The position numbers were made by a program, and so were the translations under genes. The notes below the pieces were generated by a model. The model was given only the letters and a program-made list of their open reading frames with translations, did not search any database and was not told the origin of the DNA. A stretch of 35,870 nucleotides of DNA from Bacteroidia bacterium (GTDB lineage Bacteria; Bacteroidota; Bacteroidia; Chitinophagales; Saprospiraceae): the NCBI GenBank assembly GCA_030431945.1, contig JAUIIF010000001.1:1-35870 (forward strand), given 5' to 3'. Numbering within the stretch: the first letter of the stretch is position 1; the number at the start of each line of letters is the position of its first letter. Shown piece by piece: positions 28,658 through 35,870 of the stretch.

Positions 28658-29554
28658 TTAGCCGGCCTCCAGTGCGGCTGCACCGGAAACAATTTCGAGG
28701 ATTTCCGTAGTAATTGCTTCCTGACGTGCTTTGTTGTAGCTGATCTTCAGCTCCTTCAGCAGTTCAGTAGCGTTTTCCGTGGCCTTGTCCATCGCCGTCA
28801 TGCGCGCACCGTGCTCGGAGGCATTGGTATCGAGCAGGAAGGACTGGAACTTAGTTTTCAGGATCGTTGGCACCAGCTCTTCCAGGAGGACTTCCTTGCT
28901 GGGTTCGAAGATGTAGTCTGCCTTGGTGTGCTTTTCCCCCTCGTTGGCGGCGTGATCGTCCACCACCGGCAAAAACTGCTCTGCGATGGCAAACTGCACG
29001 GCGGCATTGCGGAAGCGGGCGTAAGCGACGTAAACACTGTCGTAGACCCCTGCTGCGAAACGGTTCATGATCAGTTCCGGCACCTTCTTGGTTTCCTCGA
29101 AGGAAAGATCAGCCATCAACTCCTGATACTTGGTATTGATGGTTACGCCCTGCTTGCCCCGGTAATTCCGGGCGAAGAATTCGGCTCCTTTCTTACCGAT
29201 GCAGATGACTTCCAACTCGTTGTAGCCGGTAAGTTTCTCTTCGATGGCCGCAACCGCTGCCTTGATCACGTTGGTGTTGAAAGCTCCGGCCAGGCCGCGG
29301 CTGGAGGTAATGACCACCACACAAGCCTTATTGACCGGACGAACCTTATTGAAAACCGTTGACCCGTCTCCTTCCAGGTTGGAAAGAATATTGGTCAGCA
29401 TTTCGCTCAGCTTCAGGGCGTAGGGACGCATTTCCGTAATCCGCTGAGCCGCACGGCTCATCTTGGCGGCAGAAACCATTTTCATGGCAGAGGTAATCTG
29501 CTTGGTGTTTTGCACCGATCCGATCCGCTCCCGTACTTCCTTTAAGTTAGCCAT
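28658..29554 (-). CDS. atpG: F1 ATP synthase subunit gamma
   Basis: MANLKEVRERI.SV..T.QITSAMKMVSAAK; SEHGARMTAM..AT.NA; YNKARQ.AIT.EILEIVSGA. Confidence 0.98.
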   Translation of the reverse strand: MANLKEVRERIGSVQNTKQITSAMKMVSAAKMSRAAQRITEMRPYALKLSEMLTNILSNLEGDGSTVFNKVRPVNKACVVVITSSRGLAGAFNTNVIKAAVAAIEEKLTGYNELEVICIGKKGAEFFARNYRGKQGVTINTKYQELMADLSFEETKKVPELIMNRFAAGVYDSVYVAYARFRNAAVQFAIAEQFLPVVDDHAANEGEKHTKADYIFEPSKEVLLEELVPTILKTKFQSFLLDTNASEHGARMTAMDKATENATELLKELKISYNKARQEAITTEILEIVSGAAALEAG

Positions 29555-29710
29555 CTAGTTAGTATTGTAGTAGTATGGTAATGTAGTAATGTAGTCGGGC
29601 GGGAGAGGTAAACAGCTGCTACCGTGACCTCCCGGCCCGTAATAGTTCCGGTAGTTTGGTGGTCAGGAAGGGATTGTAATCGCCCCTGGCCAAACTACCG
29701 GACTACCTTA

Positions 29711-31294
<1,584 letters not shown>

Positions 31295-31358
31295 GGTTGC
31301 TATGCTTTAAAGATGCTTAGTTGTAGTTGATGTTGGGTAGTTCTGCACCGAAGCCGAA

Positions 31359-31901
31359 CTAGTTAGCGAGTGTTTTTTTGATTTCACTCAGCTTGTGCGC
31401 CACGCTGGCGTCGTAGACCTTACCGTCGAACTCCAGGATAAAGCCGCCCATGATGGAGGGGTCTATCTTGGTTTCCAGCTCAATGGTTGCTTCCGTCTTA
31501 CCGGCAGCTGCCAGCTGAGACTTGATGGCTTCCAGGCTGGCCGCGTCGAGGGCCGTGGCACTGGTCACCTTCACGGAAGTGATCTTATTCAGCGTTTTGT
31601 ACTGGTCATTAAAGGCACCGAGAATACCGAGCAGGTCAGCTTCACGTCCTTTGGTGATGAGTACCTTGACGAAGGTTTTCGTCAGGTCGGATACGCCGGC
31701 TTTGTCCAACAACTCCTTGAAGACAGCTTTCTTCTTAGTGGCGTTGATGACCGGACTCTGCAGCAAAATCGCCAGATCGCGGTTGGCGCCCATAGCGATG
31801 AGGTCGTCCACATCTCCTTTGATGGTGGCGAGTTCGTTGCGCTCAAGGGCCAGGTCCAACAGTGATTTAGCGTAGCGGGTTGCTACTTGTTGATTGGTCA
31901 T
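31359..31901 (-). CDS. atpH: F1 ATP synthase subunit delta
   Basis: VATRYAKSL, LQSPVI, IDPSIMGGFIL..DASV; operon position. Confidence 0.96.
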   Translation of the reverse strand: MTNQQVATRYAKSLLDLALERNELATIKGDVDDLIAMGANRDLAILLQSPVINATKKKAVFKELLDKAGVSDLTKTFVKVLITKGREADLLGILGAFNDQYKTLNKITSVKVTSATALDAASLEAIKSQLAAAGKTEATIELETKIDPSIMGGFILEFDGKVYDASVAHKLSEIKKTLAN

Positions 31902-32424
31902 GCCGGGATGAGTAGTTGAGGTTCTTTACCAGTTCGTTTACCAGGGCGGTCTGATTGGCATCGCTTTTCAGTTCCTTCTGCAGGACCTTTTCCGCAATGT
32001 CAATAGCCATAGTGCCTACTTCTTTTTTCAGGTCAGCCATGGCACTGTCGCGCATGTTGGCGATTTCCCGTTGGGCATCGGTAGATACTTTCTGAGCGGC
32101 TTCCTTGGCTTCGGTCACGGCTTCTTCCTTACGCTTACGGGCAAAGGCCTCAGCGTCGGCGATGATGCGGGTGCTTTCTTCACGGGCTTCGGCCAGCAGT
32201 TTGGCGTTGTCATCCTTCAACTGAGCCATCTGCGCCTGTACGCGCTTGGCTTCGTCAATGGAATCCTGGATTTCTTCGTCCCGCTTCTTCAGGGCCTTTT
32301 GAATGGGCTTGAAGGCAGCACGGCCGACAAAGAAGTAAACCAGCAGGAAGATAACCAGCGTCCAGAGCAACAGCCCCGGATCGGGCTTAAGTACGTTAAA
32401 GTCGGCGAGAAGGAAGGAGTACAT
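31867..32424 (-). CDS. atpF: F0 ATP synthase subunit b
   Basis: PDPGLLLWTLVIF TM, AFKPI..AL..R followed by coiled coil. As sequenced it overlaps atpH by 35 nt. Confidence 0.95.
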   Translation of the reverse strand: MYSFLLADFNVLKPDPGLLLWTLVIFLLVYFFVGRAAFKPIQKALKKRDEEIQDSIDEAKRVQAQMAQLKDDNAKLLAEAREESTRIIADAEAFARKRKEEAVTEAKEAAQKVSTDAQREIANMRDSAMADLKKEVGTMAIDIAEKVLQKELKSDANQTALVNELVKNLNYSSRHDQSTSSNPLR

Positions 32425-32552
32425 AATTCGTAAAATTTCTTACGCTTAAATAACAGGAGAAATCAAAGTTGGCACCGAAACCGCCGCCAAGCGCGGTTCG
32501 GTTCCGGTGCCGTTGTGGTTGTATTGCGGATCAATACTTCGCGTCGAAGTAA

Positions 32553-34114
<1,562 letters not shown>

Positions 34115-34149
34115 AAGGAGAAATTTTCGGGGCTTTCCCAATTGAGCCG

Positions 34150-34157
34150 CAAAGGTA
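34150..34157 (-). promoter_or_regulatory. Bacteroidota -7 promoter element for the atp operon
   Basis: TACCTTTG on the minus strand, 36 nt upstream of the atpB ATG. Confidence 0.65.
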
Positions 34158-34302
34158 CACCGTTCCTACTTATTATGCTAGTTACACTTAGGGTTTTTTC
34201 TCCTCTTGACGGGGTTGTGAGCAAGTAAGCACACCGCCGTCTTCCCTTTTCACTGCCACTGGCGGTTCTCTTCCCACATTCGTTTTGCGACGTAAGTTTT
34301 TT

Positions 34303-34619
34303 GGGCGCGGTCGCAGGTGCAGGCAAAGCAGTCAGGAGCAAGGTGGCAGCTGGTGCAGGGAAACGGCCTTCCCCAGGGCCATCACAAGCTCGTCCGCCGA
34401 GGCGCGAGGAACGAGCTGACTCGTCGGCCGAGCGGAGCGGAGACTTAAAACCCGGTCGGCGGACGAGTCAGGCCGCGTTGCGGCCGCCTCGGCCGACGAC
34501 CTGGCTCGTAGGCCGAGCGGAGCGAAAAGCCGCCAGCAGCTAGCGGCAGCCCGGAACGGAATCAGCTCCCGGCGTCGCGCTTTGCCCAATTACCCTTCCT
34601 TGCACCTGCGTTCGCGCCC
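34303..34619. mobile_element. MITE-like non-coding element with 19-bp terminal inverted repeats
   Basis: GGGCGCGGTCGCAGGTGCA ... TGCACCTGCGTTCGCGCCC (17/19 complementary); GC-rich interior with a repeated GGCCGAGCGGAGCG. Confidence 0.55.
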
Positions 34620-34640
34620 CCAAAAGCCCGCTTAACTAAT

Positions 34641-34648
34641 TATCTTTG
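34641..34648 (+). promoter_or_regulatory. Bacteroidota -7 promoter element
   Basis: TATCTTTG, 28 nt upstream of the ATG at 34677. Confidence 0.6.
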
Positions 34649-34676
34649 CGCGATCATTATTAAAGCCACCTAGCAA

Positions 34677-35162
34677 ATGACCTCTCCTCTTGACCAAATG
34701 GTACCGGAAAGCCGCATCTGGATCTACGGCGCCGAACGCGCGCTGACGGATACCGAAACCACCGTCATCCGCAACCGCCTGCAGGAATTCGTTGCCGGCT
34801 GGGTAAGCCACCGGCGCGAACTGAACGCCGCCGCTGATGTCCTCCACAATCGTTTCCTGGTCATCTGTGTCGACGAAACCCAGGCCGAAGCCAGCGGTTG
34901 CTCCATCGATGGCTCCGTTCACTTTCTGCAGGACCTGAGCGCGGAGATGGGCGTGGACTTTTTCAACCGCATGCGCTTCAGCTACCGCGATGAACAAGGC
35001 AATATCCATACCGTCTCCCGCGAAGAATTCAAGGACCTGTACAAAAACGGCACCCTGGAAAACGACACCGTTGTTTTCGATCCCCTCGTCAAAGAACTCG
35101 GGGAACTCCGCCAGATCTTTGAACGGCCCCTGGAGGACAGCTGGCATTCAAGGATGGTCTAA
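34677..35162 (+). CDS. Conserved Bacteroidota hypothetical protein (SRIWIY / WVSH / ASGCSID family)
   Basis: Motifs recalled from a widespread ~160-aa Bacteroidota family that is often labelled 'ABC transporter ATPase', although no Walker motif is present here. Confidence 0.8.
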   Translation: MTSPLDQMVPESRIWIYGAERALTDTETTVIRNRLQEFVAGWVSHRRELNAAADVLHNRFLVICVDETQAEASGCSIDGSVHFLQDLSAEMGVDFFNRMRFSYRDEQGNIHTVSREEFKDLYKNGTLENDTVVFDPLVKELGELRQIFERPLEDSWHSRMV

Positions 35163-35303
35163 AAAGCCTTCGGCTTCTTAGACGCGCTGCGCGCTTTTAG
35201 ACGGCCTACGGCCTATTAAACGAAAGAGCCGCCAATCTCCCCCGAAAAAGTTTAAACATCTCTTTCTCTGCAATAAATTTGTGGAAATCGTACATTTACG
35301 CCC

Positions 35304-35870
35304 ATGAATGAGCATCTTGACCCTTCTGCTGCAAATCTTCAACCGGAAGACGGGGCGATGGAGCGGGCCCTGCGCCCGGACTCTTTGGACGACTTCAGCG
35401 GTCAGCCCAAGATTGTCGAAAACCTCAAGATTTTCATTCAGGCGGCCGTGCAGCGTGGCGACAGCCTCGACCACGTTTTGCTGCACGGCCCCCCAGGCCT
35501 GGGCAAGACCACCCTCAGCCACATCATTGCCAATGAGCTTGGTGCAGAACTGAAACTGACCTCCGGGCCCGTCCTGGAGAAAGCCGGCGACCTGGCCGGC
35601 CTACTGACCAACCTGAATGAAGGCGACGTGCTTTTCATTGATGAAATTCACCGGCTGAACAACGTGGTGGAAGAGTACCTCTACTCCGCCATGGAGGATT
35701 ACCGGATCGACATCATGATCGACAGCGGGCCGAACGCCCGCTCCGTCCAGATCAGCCTGGAGCCCTTTACCCTCGTTGGGGCCACCACCCGTATGGGCCT
35801 GCTCACCGCCCCCATGCGCGCGCGCTTCGGCATCAACTGTCTGCTGGACTACTACGATGTGGCCACCCTC
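35304..35870 (+). CDS. ruvB: Holliday junction branch migration helicase RuvB (3' partial; absent from the ORF track because it has no stop in the window)
   Basis: Manual translation gives MNEHLDP...[15 protein letters not shown]...[16 protein letters not shown]...[12 protein letters not shown]...FIDEIHRL...LYSAMEDY...GATTRMGLL. Confidence 0.97.
   Translation, partial: MNEHLDPSAANLQPEDGAMERALRPDSLDDFSGQPKIVENLKIFIQAAVQRGDSLDHVLLHGPPGLGKTTLSHIIANELGAELKLTSGPVLEKAGDLAGLLTNLNEGDVLFIDEIHRLNNVVEEYLYSAMEDYRIDIMIDSGPNARSVQISLEPFTLVGATTRMGLLTAPMRARFGINCLLDYYDVATL

Noticed and set aside
29555-29710. GTAGTA-like low-complexity run and hairpin between atpA and atpG
   Set aside because: Consistent with ordinary intergenic mRNA-stability structure; no ORF or RNA family recognised.

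Overview
This window is bacterial DNA from a Bacteroidota genome, shown by a SusC/SusD pair, a T9SS C-terminal domain, TAnnTTTG promoters and a split atp operon. The fairly high GC would fit Saprospirales such as Lewinella/Neolewinella, which is inference only. From left to right it holds: a form II coxL-coxM-coxD-coxE molybdoenzyme cluster; a GTAG-type REP/BIME-like repeat; a ThuA-like protein; a tightly coupled four-gene cassette (261-aa two-domain protein, 7TM membrane protein, sensor-less HisKA_3 kinase, NarL-type regulator); two tandem tail-collar (MdpB-like) genes; an ankyrin gene; a 936-aa secreted coiled-coil protein with a divergent OmpA-like C-terminus; a TPR histidine kinase and LytTR regulator; oxyR; a GH16 glucanase; susC/susD; an apparently circularly permuted DUF3179 lipoprotein; atpBEFHAG; a conserved hypothetical gene; and the start of ruvB. 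The best candidates for undescribed systems are two small regulatory circuits readable from the DNA. (1) A shared 7-2-7 palindrome, TAGGTAG-NN-YTACCTA, lies upstream of both the four-gene cassette and the tail-collar genes. (2) Matching 9-12-9 LytTR boxes lie upstream of both the LytTR gene and the 936-aa gene, and this module sits between two ATAG-N7-CTAT OxyR boxes. A dispersed ~19-bp repeat (GGGCGCGAACGCAGGTGCA) also recurs, twice as inverted pairs. All family calls come from motif recognition by eye; no database searches were run.
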